Shown: positions 35,795 through 45,742, counted from the stretch's first letter. The stretch is DNA of 52,116 nt from a virus (IMGVR_UViG_3300027704_000032:1-52116); one strand, 5' to 3'. Made by a program: numbers and translations. The notes: a model not told the origin generated them from the sequence alone.

Positions 35795-35991
35795 TGCATA
35801 ATCTTAAACCTATGGTAAATGATAGACCTATGTGGGAATCTTTTCTTGCAGAGTTACAAGAACGTCTCAATGATGTACATAGACAAATGGAACAAGCTCA
35901 TACTCCCGAAGATCTATTTCGTTTGCAAGGCCAAGCAGCCTGCCTAAACAAGTTTAAATTCTTGAGGGATAAAGTTAATGGCGGAAACTAA
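35794..35991 (+). CDS. Small helical protein following the portal
   Basis: 65 aa with R.QG...L motif; TAATG coupling. Confidence 0.7.
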   Translation: MHNLKPMVNDRPMWESFLAELQERLNDVHRQMEQAHTPEDLFRLQGQAACLNKFKFLRDKVNGGN

Positions 35992-38900
35992 AAAATCTCT
36001 ACGTCCCAAAGCTAGACCTAAAGGATTAGGTTTAAGTTCTACTCGTCCTCGTTCACGCCCATTGTCTGATGAAGAGGGTATGGCAAAGCAAGAAGCTGCT
36101 GCAGTTAAACAAGCACAGTCCTTAGACCAAGTACGAGAGTTTGGTAACCTAGAGTTTAGAGCTGACATGGACAAACAGCTTAAGTGGAATCCCCTAGCTA
36201 GGTTGGGTTTTGAACCAGATCAATCTGTTGTTGCAAGGCCAGCTTACAATAGCCCAGAGATGTACGAGGGTATGAGGTACCCATACCGTGCTGAACAAGA
36301 GTACATTGATGACACTCTTAGCAGGGCGACTAGTGGCTCAGTTTATGCAGATATAGCAGGAAGAGTTAAGCCAGGTTTCGTTATAGTAAATTCTAACACA
36401 GCCAAAAACCCAATATGGTCCCATGAGTACACCCACGGTGGTTTAGAAAAAATAATAGAATACCTAAACGAAGATAAAGAGTACTTTAAAGAAAAGTACG
36501 GAACAGATACAGTTAAACTTTTAGAAAAAATTGAAGTTGATACAAATACAGAGAAAGGACCAAATGAAAAACTGACTGAGATGTTGGATGATATTTCTAA
36601 AGATGCTGACGTAGACATAAGTGGTAACGTAATACCTGCTGCTGGAACTGGCTTGGGTACTATGGATAAGACAAGGTCTGCTGTATCAGACCACGAAGCA
36701 AGTACAGACCGAGTTCAACTAAGAAGAAATCTAGAAGAAGGCAGGGTAAATGATGCCGATATGAGTACTAGAGTATTCTTCGAACAGAACCTACCAGGGT
36801 ATGCTGGCATTTTTAAAGCTGCTGAAGACATGCTTGAAAAACAAGGTGAACCATTACCTTCTAAGAAAAGAGGTTGGGGGGAACAGAAGGCTAACAAATG
36901 GTTATCGGGTGAAGGGTTTTTCAATGAGGGTGGTGATGTAGCCACTCAAACAGAAGAAGCCTTAGGCTGGACTGCTGAGGGTAAGAAGTTTGCCGAAGCT
37001 AATCCAGTTAATATAAAAGCTCCTGAAGGATTGTCTATTAAAAATGTTCCTGCATTTGACAGGCCAATGAGTGCTGGTCCTAAAGACAAGTGGACCGGCA
37101 GACAAGATGAGCTAGGTAACCGTGAGTATAAATCACAGTTAGATGGCTCAACTTATTTTATTAAACCTGACGCTGATCAACGTACAGAACTAGAAAAAAT
37201 ACAGCAGGATATTATTCCAGCAGTTACAAAGTATTTAGAGAACCCAACCGCACCATCAAAAGAACAAACGATAGAGTTTTTAAAAACTGCTGCAGGAGAT
37301 GCTTGGGAAACAATCAGCATTCCTGGTGATCTTGTGTCTGGAGATAAAACTCTTGGTGACATTACATTGGGCGATGTCTTTGAAATAGGTGGTAGTGCTG
37401 CTGTTGCTTCTCTTCCTATGAGTGTACCAGAGGGTTCTATGAGAACTTTTGGTGGTTCTAATCCACCTACTTATGAGCCACGTTCCGAGCCTTTAGATTC
37501 GTATAGCGGAGACGGTCTCTCACAAGAAAATCTAGATCTTTTTAATACGAACTTTATAATGTTTCGTGAACCTATTATAAAGTTTGCCGAGACTGTAGAC
37601 ATACCTAAGAAAGGTCTTCTAGGTTCTGAGTTTCTTACTCTAATCAAAAAGAACAACTCCATACCTGAGACTTCTCTGCAAGAGGGTATCATAGAACCTA
37701 AAAAGAGATATACTAAAAACGAACTTTTAGAAGCCATAGGCCCAGAAGAATATAGAAGTGGCACTTTTAAATCTGTTGCAAACATTGCACCGGACAAACC
37801 AAAACAATTCGAAGCATTTCAAAGACAGGGAAGAGATGCTGGATTTGAAGGTGGACGAGAACTACAGTATTTTGACATACCTATAGATACTAGTATTGGC
37901 TTTCCAGGTAAAAAATTTAAAGCCAACGAGCAACATTACAATAGTGATACGCTTGTGCACGTAAGAGGTTCTATTATTAACCCTCAAGATGGCGGTTTTG
38001 AGAACACAGATTTTTTGAAGGTTATCGGGGGAGAAGACTATCTTCTTGTAGAGGAGATTCAATCTGACCTTTTAACTAAGGGTTTCGTAAGACCTAAAAA
38101 TAAATTTGATGCAGATTTTTCAAATGCTACTGATGACTTCAGTCGATTTAAAATGGTGTCATATGGAGAAGCTTTTGGTTCTATAGATAAAGAAATTAAA
38201 AGTGTAGTTAAAGAACTTGAAATTGATGTCGGTAAGAAAACTACAGATTTAATATACTCTATACTAGATCGTCCTTTTTCAAGGACTCATACCCCTAAAG
38301 AAACTACTGCCTTGCTGAATTACCACGAGTTAATACAAAAAAAATTAACTGATAAAAAAATAGATAACGAAATAGGTACTTTAGAACTAGACAGTATTTA
38401 TCAAGCGTACCTAACAAATAAAAAGATCTCTGATACCTATTCAAACCCTAACGATATTGGCCTCCCCCCAATAAGAAAAAATAAACAGGCCGTAGACGAA
38501 GCTTTAAAAATACTTATAGCTAAAGCAGCGCAGTCTGATGTAACTAAGATAGTCATACCCCCAGCTGAAAGAATTGCATTAGCAAGAGGTAGGAAGTTAC
38601 AAGAAGAAAAAGGTGACCGATTTTACAGGACGTATGTTACTGATCTTCAAAAATCTTTAAGTGAGCTTCAGGACAATTACCCTGTTAAAATATATAGAGA
38701 AGAGTTACCATACAAAAGACATGAAGACTTTGTAGGTTTTGTATCAGAAGAAATAGTAGATGAACCGGGTTTTGAAAAAACTCGTGTAAACACCAGTACA
38801 AGTAAAATAGGTACAATAATTGATATTACAGAACTAGTAGATAAATACAAAGTAGAAAAACCAAGACAGTTTGCCCAAGGAGGCGTAGTAGAAGACATGA

Positions 38901-40249
38901 ATAGACAAATGGAAATGTTCGCAGTAGGTGGACTTAGCGACGATGGCATGACCCGTGACCCAGTGTCAGGTAATGATATTCCCCCAGGTTCTATGGCAGA
39001 AGAAGTACGGGACGATATCCCAGCACAACTCTCTGAGGGTGAGTATGTCGTACCTGCTGATGTTGTACGTTTCTTTGGTGTAAAATACTTTGAAGATCTA
39101 CGCATGGAAGCTAAAATGGGCTTGTCAAACATGGAAGCTAATGGTAGAATAGGTGGTGAACCTGTTCCTTCCGGTGGTCCTATGGCTGGTCCTACTGAAG
39201 GTGCTCTCACTCCAGAAGAGATGGCAGTACTCTCTGACATGGGTATGAACGTAGGTGGATTTGTGCCACAACAACCTCCTGTACAAGCTATTGGTAATGC
39301 TCAGCAAGGTATGGACAGAGGTTATGCCCCAGGTGGTCAAGTTGTTCCTATGCCTGGTCCTACTGAAAGCCTTTCAACAGAAGCAGCAGTTGTTGCCCCT
39401 ACATATAACCAACCACCAAGCTTTAATACAGAAGACTACGGGCTTGGATTTAGTGTCTTTGGACAACCATCTAGTACAGCTACAACGCCTGGTAAATTTA
39501 CTACAGTTACTTTGTATGGCCCTAATAAAGAAGTAATGACACTTACTTTACCAACCCAACAGGCTGAGTACGATGGGCTTATTTCTGAAGGTTACACTAC
39601 ACAACCACCAGGTACAGTTGCAAATATTGAAAAGGACAACAGTCCTCCTATTATTCCTACAAATAGTGATACAGGTAAAGGTGGTAAGAAATTTAGCGAG
39701 ATGGATGTAGCTGAAATAACAGAAGCCTACAATGACAACTTAAAAGCACGTACAGTTCTGACAGGAATGTCTTTAGTTAATCCTATCTTTGGTAGTATTG
39801 GTGTGGCAGTAACTAACTATGCACAAAAACAAATTATAACACAAATGAATAAACTAGAAGTTAAAGTCCCTGAAGACAAGGGCTTTCTTTCTAATCTTGG
39901 GGGCACTATCAAAGATATATTTGGTACTGGTGATAAAGATCCGAAAAAATCTGCTGTTAGTACTAGCACTGAAACAGCACCTGCAATATCTCTAAGACCT
40001 AAGCCAAGACCCCCAGTGCTTGAGGAATCTGACGATGGTAAGCCTGCAGACTTTGGGGGTACGGTAGAGGCCGCTGAAATTTCTGCTGCAGCAAAAGCAT
40101 CTAAGACTCCTGAAAATCTACAAAAAGTAAAGGCCAAAAGTGAAGCTGCTTACAAAGCTGCAACGAGTACTAAAAAAGAATTAGATTCTACATATGGAAG
40201 TGGGTTAAATAAAGGCGGCTTGATGAAAAAAAAGAAAAAGAAGAAGTAA
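35978..40249 (+). CDS. 1423-aa multi-domain (polyvalent-like) protein: HExxH domain, EEIQSD domain, DDIPAQLSEGEYV domain
   Basis: HEYTH at aa 149-153, EEIQSD at aa 692, DDIPAQLSEGEYVVPADVV at aa 1012; lies between portal and scaffold. Confidence 0.7.
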   Translation: MAETKKSLRPKARPKGLGLSSTRPRSRPLSDEEGMAKQEAAAVKQAQSLDQVREFGNLEFRADMDKQLKWNPLARLGFEPDQSVVARPAYNSPEMYEGMRYPYRAEQEYIDDTLSRATSGSVYADIAGRVKPGFVIVNSNTAKNPIWSHEYTHGGLEKIIEYLNEDKEYFKEKYGTDTVKLLEKIEVDTNTEKGPNEKLTEMLDDISKDADVDISGNVIPAAGTGLGTMDKTRSAVSDHEASTDRVQLRRNLEEGRVNDADMSTRVFFEQNLPGYAGIFKAAEDMLEKQGEPLPSKKRGWGEQKANKWLSGEGFFNEGGDVATQTEEALGWTAEGKKFAEANPVNIKAPEGLSIKNVPAFDRPMSAGPKDKWTGRQDELGNREYKSQLDGSTYFIKPDADQRTELEKIQQDIIPAVTKYLENPTAPSKEQTIEFLKTAAGDAWETISIPGDLVSGDKTLGDITLGDVFEIGGSAAVASLPMSVPEGSMRTFGGSNPPTYEPRSEPLDSYSGDGLSQENLDLFNTNFIMFREPIIKFAETVDIPKKGLLGSEFLTLIKKNNSIPETSLQEGIIEPKKRYTKNELLEAIGPEEYRSGTFKSVANIAPDKPKQFEAFQRQGRDAGFEGGRELQYFDIPIDTSIGFPGKKFKANEQHYNSDTLVHVRGSIINPQDGGFENTDFLKVIGGEDYLLVEEIQSDLLTKGFVRPKNKFDADFSNATDDFSRFKMVSYGEAFGSIDKEIKSVVKELEIDVGKKTTDLIYSILDRPFSRTHTPKETTALLNYHELIQKKLTDKKIDNEIGTLELDSIYQAYLTNKKISDTYSNPNDIGLPPIRKNKQAVDEALKILIAKAAQSDVTKIVIPPAERIALARGRKLQEEKGDRFYRTYVTDLQKSLSELQDNYPVKIYREELPYKRHEDFVGFVSEEIVDEPGFEKTRVNTSTSKIGTIIDITELVDKYKVEKPRQFAQGGVVEDMNRQMEMFAVGGLSDDGMTRDPVSGNDIPPGSMAEEVRDDIPAQLSEGEYVVPADVVRFFGVKYFEDLRMEAKMGLSNMEANGRIGGEPVPSGGPMAGPTEGALTPEEMAVLSDMGMNVGGFVPQQPPVQAIGNAQQGMDRGYAPGGQVVPMPGPTESLSTEAAVVAPTYNQPPSFNTEDYGLGFSVFGQPSSTATTPGKFTTVTLYGPNKEVMTLTLPTQQAEYDGLISEGYTTQPPGTVANIEKDNSPPIIPTNSDTGKGGKKFSEMDVAEITEAYNDNLKARTVLTGMSLVNPIFGSIGVAVTNYAQKQIITQMNKLEVKVPEDKGFLSNLGGTIKDIFGTGDKDPKKSAVSTSTETAPAISLRPKPRPPVLEESDDGKPADFGGTVEAAEISAAAKASKTPENLQKVKAKSEAAYKAATSTKKELDSTYGSGLNKGGLMKKKKKKK

Positions 40250-40312
40250 CCACTACCATAAAACTATAAGGCTACCCAGCAATAATGCTGGCCCCAACAT
40301 AAGGAAGACAAT

Positions 40313-41227
40313 ATGTCTGAAATGACTCAAGTAGAACCTCAGAAAACAGCTGGCTTTGTAGACCGTGGGTTTAACCACTCTAAACGTAAAGCTCAGATTG
40401 AGAATGAAGAAAAAGAAATTGCTCGTCTTGAAGCTATTCAACGAGGGGAAGAAGAACCCGATGAAGAGCAGGCAGTAGAACCTGAGGATCAAAAAGAAGA
40501 GGTACAGGCTAAACAAGAACCTGAAGAGGATGACTCTAAGCTAGCACCTGAAGAACGTACCTTTAAGAAACGATATGGTGACCTACGGCGTCACATGGAA
40601 ACTAAAGAAAAAGAGTGGGATGATAAGTTTGAATCCCTAAAGAGTACTGCAGAACGTAAGGGTATTGTTCCACCTAAGTCCGATGAGGACATCGAGAAGT
40701 GGGCAAAGGAATACCCCGATGTAGCTGGTATAGTAGAGACTATTGCTGCTAAGAAAGCAAAGGAACTCTTTGATAAAGCTGATGCTAGGCTACAGAAGAT
40801 TGACGAAGCAGAGGCAGATGCTTACCGACTTAGATCAGAGGATGCTATCAGAGAAGCTCACCCTGACTTTGATGATCTTCGTAATGGAGACTCATTTCAT
40901 GACTGGGCAGATGCACAACCTAAGTGGGTTAAGGATGCTCTCTATGAGAACATGGATGATCCAGCTTCAGTTGTTCGTGTCATCGACTTATACAAATCAG
41001 ATAATGGTCTTACTAAAGACCGTAAGAAAGCTACGAGTAAGGCAGCAGCCACTTCGATAGCTAGAGGTTCTAGAACTAAAGTAGACGCTGAAGGATCTTC
41101 CCAGCAGATTAAAGAGTCTGATGTGGCAAAAATGTCTGCTTCTGAGTTCGAAAAACGTGAAGAAGCTATCACAGACGCCATGCGTAATGGAAAATTTGTC
41201 TATGATATTACGGGTTCTGCACGATAA
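40313..41227 (+). CDS. Capsid scaffolding protein
   Basis: Acidic coiled coil with KKRY.DL, HPDF and C-terminal MS..EF....I..A...G; directly upstream of the MCP. Confidence 0.8.
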   Translation: MSEMTQVEPQKTAGFVDRGFNHSKRKAQIENEEKEIARLEAIQRGEEEPDEEQAVEPEDQKEEVQAKQEPEEDDSKLAPEERTFKKRYGDLRRHMETKEKEWDDKFESLKSTAERKGIVPPKSDEDIEKWAKEYPDVAGIVETIAAKKAKELFDKADARLQKIDEAEADAYRLRSEDAIREAHPDFDDLRNGDSFHDWADAQPKWVKDALYENMDDPASVVRVIDLYKSDNGLTKDRKKATSKAAATSIARGSRTKVDAEGSSQQIKESDVAKMSASEFEKREEAITDAMRNGKFVYDITGSAR

Positions 41228-41231
41228 CCTG

Positions 41232-41260
41232 TTGACATCAGTCATGTCATCAGTATAACT
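41232..41260 (+). promoter_or_regulatory. Promoter for the major capsid gene
   Basis: TTGACA-N16-TATAACT. Confidence 0.7.
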
Positions 41261-41265
41261 AGAGG

Positions 41266-41513
41266 TCAAGTGTGGGCCTTCTACATAGAACTACCCCACC
41301 TTTATACTTTCCTTCACATTAAAAAGCTAAAACATCGGAAGACTTACCTGTCAAAGTATAGGCCCAGTTTTACGTGATCGGCCAAATCACGTTTGTCTGC
41401 ACCCTAGAAACACTTCAGCCTCTTCGTCTTGTACAGCTTCTTTGAGTTAGGGTGTATACCTTACACTCGTATACATCTTTGAATCATAAGCCAAACATTC
41501 TAGGAGAATTACA
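41266..41513 (+). other. Long structured 5' leader of the capsid gene (candidate cis-regulatory RNA)
   Basis: About 250 nt with no credible ORF; perfect hairpin ACGTGAT/ATCACGT (41372-41392) and several alternative pairings. Confidence 0.45.
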
Positions 41514-42587
41514 ATGGCATTCGCAACAACAGGTGGACACGGAAACTTGCCCAATGGCAACTTCAGCTCCATAATTTATTCCAAAAAAGTACAACTCGCA
41601 TTCCGCAAATCTACAGTATCTGGTGATATCACGAACTCTGATTATTTTGGGGAAATTGCAAATCAAGGCGACACCGTCAAAATCATCAAAGAACCTGAGG
41701 TAAGCGTTTCAGCCTATACACGTGGTGCTCAGATCACCGCACAGGACTTGGATGATGCAGACTTCTCGTTGACCGTAGATAAAGCTAACTACTTTGCTTT
41801 TAAAATGGACGATATCGAGGAGGCTCACAGCCACGTCAATTTCATGGATCTTGCTACCAACCGTGCGGCTTACCGCTTGGCTGATCAGTACGACCAAGAA
41901 GTATTGGGCTACTTGGCAGGTTACAAGCAAACTGCTTTGAACGCCTCTGCTGATGCAGTAAACGACCAGACTAACGGAACTCTAGCAGTCTCCACAGCTG
42001 GTACAGATGAACTTCTGACTAATATGAAGTTGATCAAAAGTAGCTTCGGTAACATTACAACGTCATCCGCTGGTGATCATTCGATTCCAGTAGCTGCTCG
42101 TTTGCCGGGTGCAACTGCTCTTCCAACTGCATACGCTTCACCAGCAATGGTTGTTGCTCGTATGGGTCGCCTTCTTGATCAACAGCAAGTTGATACACAA
42201 GGTCGTTGGCTGGTAGTAGATCCAGTATTTATGGAAATCCTCCGTGACGAAGACTCACGTCTTTTTAACGCAGACTTCGGTGAATCTGGTGGCCTTCGTA
42301 ATGGTCTTGTCTTGAATAACTTCCACGGCTTCCGTGTATATACTTCAAGCAACTTGCCTTCAGTAGGTACTGGTTCAGGTACAACTGGTACAGCAAACCA
42401 AAATACTAACTACGGTGCTATCGTAGCTGGTCATGATTCTGCTGTAGCAACTGCCGAGCAAATCAACAAAACTGAAAGCTATCGTGACCCTGACAGCTTC
42501 GCTGACATTGTTCGTGGTATGCATCTATACGGTCGCAAGATCCTTCGTCCTGAAGGCATTGTAACCGCTAAATATAACGCAGCATAA
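41514..42587 (+). CDS. Major capsid protein (HK97 fold, P22 gp5-like)
   Basis: N.DY.GEI...GDTV.I, D.A.YFAF..DDIE, GF.VY.S.NLP, F.DIVRG...YG.KILRP; strongly biased codons. Confidence 0.92.
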   Translation: MAFATTGGHGNLPNGNFSSIIYSKKVQLAFRKSTVSGDITNSDYFGEIANQGDTVKIIKEPEVSVSAYTRGAQITAQDLDDADFSLTVDKANYFAFKMDDIEEAHSHVNFMDLATNRAAYRLADQYDQEVLGYLAGYKQTALNASADAVNDQTNGTLAVSTAGTDELLTNMKLIKSSFGNITTSSAGDHSIPVAARLPGATALPTAYASPAMVVARMGRLLDQQQVDTQGRWLVVDPVFMEILRDEDSRLFNADFGESGGLRNGLVLNNFHGFRVYTSSNLPSVGTGSGTTGTANQNTNYGAIVAGHDSAVATAEQINKTESYRDPDSFADIVRGMHLYGRKILRPEGIVTAKYNAA

Positions 42588-42601
42588 GGGAGGATAAACT
42601 T

Positions 42602-43081
42602 ATGGCTACTTTAACTACATTTTTAGCACCCACTCGTGGAGCAGGTAATCCTTCACGTAAACCCTACATGATCGAAAATACAATTGACCTTACTTCAAGT
42701 GCAATTGATTGTTCATCTGGTGACATTGTTCAAGCACTTACTGTGCCTGGTTCACACGTCATTCTATGGACTGGTGTGCAAGTTATGGAAAGTGCAACTC
42801 AAAATACTGGTACAGATGCTACCATTCTTTTGGGTACAGCGGTTGACCCTAACGAGTACATCACTGCATTTGATATTGATGGTGCTGCAGATCTTGCATA
42901 TGCACCAACAGTAGCTCAAGCAGGTGTCCTTGTCAATGCTTCTGCAGATACATTGGACCTAACCTTTGCTGGTTCTGGTGCAAGTTTCACTGCTGGTAAA
43001 CTTCGTGTGTTTGCTATGTTGATGGATGTTTCTGAAGTTGGTGTTCACACTGCTGCAACAGCAGCCCGTGACAACACTTAA
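42602..43081 (+). CDS. Capsid decoration/cement protein
   Basis: 159-aa beta-rich ORF right after the MCP, GGGAGG RBS; DTLD..AGKLRV motif. Confidence 0.65.
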   Translation: MATLTTFLAPTRGAGNPSRKPYMIENTIDLTSSAIDCSSGDIVQALTVPGSHVILWTGVQVMESATQNTGTDATILLGTAVDPNEYITAFDIDGAADLAYAPTVAQAGVLVNASADTLDLTFAGSGASFTAGKLRVFAMLMDVSEVGVHTAATAARDNT

Positions 43082-43093
43082 ATAACTAAATAT

Positions 43094-43124
43094 TGGGGCT
43101 GGCTTATGCTGGCCCCATTATTGT
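43094..43124 (+). terminator. Probable terminator after the capsid genes
   Basis: TGGGGCTGGC-TTAT-GCTGGCCCCA followed by TTATTGT (weak U tract). Confidence 0.55.
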
Positions 43125-43142
43125 ATCTTAAGGAAACTCAGA

Positions 43143-43853
43143 ATGGCTACATACGTACAGCTTATAAATGAATTGCTAAGACGATTAAATGAAGTCACAC
43201 TGGAGGTTTCTGGCGATGGCTTTGATACCGTTCGTAACGTACAGGCTCTTTCTAAAGATGCTATCAATAGTAGTACACGTGCTATTTTACAAGATGGTCA
43301 AGAGTGGCCTTTTTTAAAACAAACTTACGTACAGACACTTACAATAGGTACTAGTCAATACAGTTTTCCAGCCGATATGGCTTCAGTTGACTGGGGTACT
43401 TTTTACCTTAAAAAATTAACCTCAGCAAATAACCAACCAAGAAGACTTTCTCCTATCTCCTATGAAGAATACATCTCTCGTTTTAGACAGGCCGATGATA
43501 ATGCCAATCAAACTACAGGAGTCTCTGCACCAGAATATGTGTATCAGACACAAGAATCTAAGTTTGGTGTTACACCAATTCCAGATAAGGCTTATCAAAT
43601 AGAATATATTTATTGGTCTTTTCCTGCAGACCTTACACTCTATGATGATACGTCTATTATACCGGACAGATTTAAACACGTTATTATTGATGGTGCTATG
43701 ATGTACATGATGCGTTTTAGAAGTAACGAACAAAGTGCAGCTATTCACCAACAGAATTTCCAAGAGGGTATTAAAGCAATGCGCCGTATTCTACTTGACG
43801 ATAAGATTTCTTTACGGTCAACTGTTCTTAATAGGACATCAATGAATGGCTGA
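43143..43853 (+). CDS. Head-tail adaptor / tail tubular protein A
   Basis: TY..L.N..L.RLNE, WPF, P.PD..Y and IP.RF..VI..GA motifs typical of podoviral adaptors. Confidence 0.75.
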   Translation: MATYVQLINELLRRLNEVTLEVSGDGFDTVRNVQALSKDAINSSTRAILQDGQEWPFLKQTYVQTLTIGTSQYSFPADMASVDWGTFYLKKLTSANNQPRRLSPISYEEYISRFRQADDNANQTTGVSAPEYVYQTQESKFGVTPIPDKAYQIEYIYWSFPADLTLYDDTSIIPDRFKHVIIDGAMMYMMRFRSNEQSAAIHQQNFQEGIKAMRRILLDDKISLRSTVLNRTSMNG

Positions 43854-45741
43854 TAATTTAGCCTCATATAAAGTTTTTTGTGCTGGTGGTCTTAATACTA
43901 GCCGTGATGTGTTGTCACAAGGTGAAACACAACCTGGTTCAGCTATTACTTTAATTAACTACGAGCCAGCGGTTACTGGTGGCTATCGTAAGATAAGTGG
44001 CTATAGTAATGATTATGGCACTATTGGTGGCACAGGTAATGTACTAGGTGTAGCTGTTGTTGATGGAATACATGATGGTATTTTTGGAGCACGAAAGCCT
44101 AGCTCCGGTAACAACTACTTACACAGATGGAATCCTTCTGGTGATGGTAGCTGGGTTGCTATAAACTCTAGTCTAGTTGCTAATGATAGGGATGGTGTAT
44201 GTGCTGCACAAACTACTAGCGGCTCAGCTAACCTAGTTATTAATGGTACTTTACACTCAAGCAACACAATTAACTTTACAACTGCTGCATCCCTACAACC
44301 TAGAAAAGTTACTATCTTTTCTGCTGGTGGAGATGTATCAGGTGTATCTTTTACTATTACAGGCACGGACTACTTAGGCACCGCTCTTGTTGAAATAGTA
44401 ACAGGTCCAGCTGCAGATGCTACAGTAACAAGTACAAACTTCTTTAATACTATTACACAGATAGCTGCGGGTGGTGCTGTTACAGGCAATATTGAAGTAG
44501 GGTCAGGTGCTGGACAATACAGACCTACTGCACCTACAATGACAGGTGTAACTAAAGTAAGATTCCTTAAGTACAACTGGTCAGGCCCAAAGATTATTTT
44601 AACTGACGGAATAAACCCTGCTGCTACTTATGATGGCTCAAACTACATTCAAGTAACAGACAGTAATGCCCCAAATAGCCCTAAGTTTTCTGCTTCCTTT
44701 GCAAACCATATGTTTTTAGCTGGTGATCCAACAGATAATTTTAACCTATACTTTAGTGCTCCCCTAAGTGAAACAGACTTCTTATCAGCTAATGGTGCGG
44801 GAGTTATTAATGTTGGGTTCCCTATTGTCGCAATAAAAGCCTTCCGTGATCAACTTTATATCTTTGGAACAACTAATATTAAGAGGCTTGAAGGTAACAA
44901 TTTAGCCAACTTTACTCTAAAAGAAGTAACAGATGATCTGGGTTGTATGGCTTCAGATAGTATCATTGAAGTAGGTGGTGATCTACTATTTCTTTCACAG
45001 GATGGTCTTCGTCCTATTTCTGGCACTGCTAAAATTGGTGACGTAAACTTAGAAACTGTCTCAAAAGACATCCAATCTATTTTTACCGACCTTGTATTTA
45101 GTGTAGACCTTGAAAAAATAGATGCTGTAGTTATCCGACAGAAGACTCAGTTCCGTATTTTTCTTGGTGCTTCTGATGGTCAAGGTGTTATAGGTGGCTT
45201 CAGACAATCACCCAATGGTCTCCAGTTTGAGTACGGTCAAATGTTAGGGATCTTCACTACTTGCGCTGCTAGTGGCTATGTAGATGAGTCTGAGTTTGTT
45301 ATTCACGGGGATAGTGGTGGTAAAGTCCATAGACAAGAACAAGGTAATGACTTTGATGGTGAGCCAATCTTTAGTATATTTCAGACACCTTTCTTTCATA
45401 TGCAAGACCCAGAACAAAGAAAAATATTTTACACAGTAGCTACTTATCTTCGTTCTGAAGGCGACAATGAAATTGTTATGTCTGTTCTGTTTGACTACGA
45501 GGATGTAGATACACTCAGTCCTAGCAACTTTACACTAGTAACACAAGGTGCAGCAGCCTATTTCAACGAGGCTCTGTATGATAGTACAGCAATCTTTGAT
45601 GGTAATCCTGCACCTGTTAGACGAACAAACATCTCAGGTTCAGGAAAATCTGCAGCAATTAAATATGTAACAAATGATACAAACGCATCACACAGTGTAC
45701 AGGGCATAGTGATTACGTTTGGAGTAGGAGATAGGTTGTAA
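43846..45741 (+). CDS. Tail nozzle / tubular protein B (P22 gp10-like beta propeller)
   Basis: GGLN start, LYFS, LYIF, GC.A..SI.EVG..L.FLS.DG.R motifs. Confidence 0.75.
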   Translation: MADNLASYKVFCAGGLNTSRDVLSQGETQPGSAITLINYEPAVTGGYRKISGYSNDYGTIGGTGNVLGVAVVDGIHDGIFGARKPSSGNNYLHRWNPSGDGSWVAINSSLVANDRDGVCAAQTTSGSANLVINGTLHSSNTINFTTAASLQPRKVTIFSAGGDVSGVSFTITGTDYLGTALVEIVTGPAADATVTSTNFFNTITQIAAGGAVTGNIEVGSGAGQYRPTAPTMTGVTKVRFLKYNWSGPKIILTDGINPAATYDGSNYIQVTDSNAPNSPKFSASFANHMFLAGDPTDNFNLYFSAPLSETDFLSANGAGVINVGFPIVAIKAFRDQLYIFGTTNIKRLEGNNLANFTLKEVTDDLGCMASDSIIEVGGDLLFLSQDGLRPISGTAKIGDVNLETVSKDIQSIFTDLVFSVDLEKIDAVVIRQKTQFRIFLGASDGQGVIGGFRQSPNGLQFEYGQMLGIFTTCAASGYVDESEFVIHGDSGGKVHRQEQGNDFDGEPIFSIFQTPFFHMQDPEQRKIFYTVATYLRSEGDNEIVMSVLFDYEDVDTLSPSNFTLVTQGAAAYFNEALYDSTAIFDGNPAPVRRTNISGSGKSAAIKYVTNDTNASHSVQGIVITFGVGDRL

Positions 45742-45742
45742 C

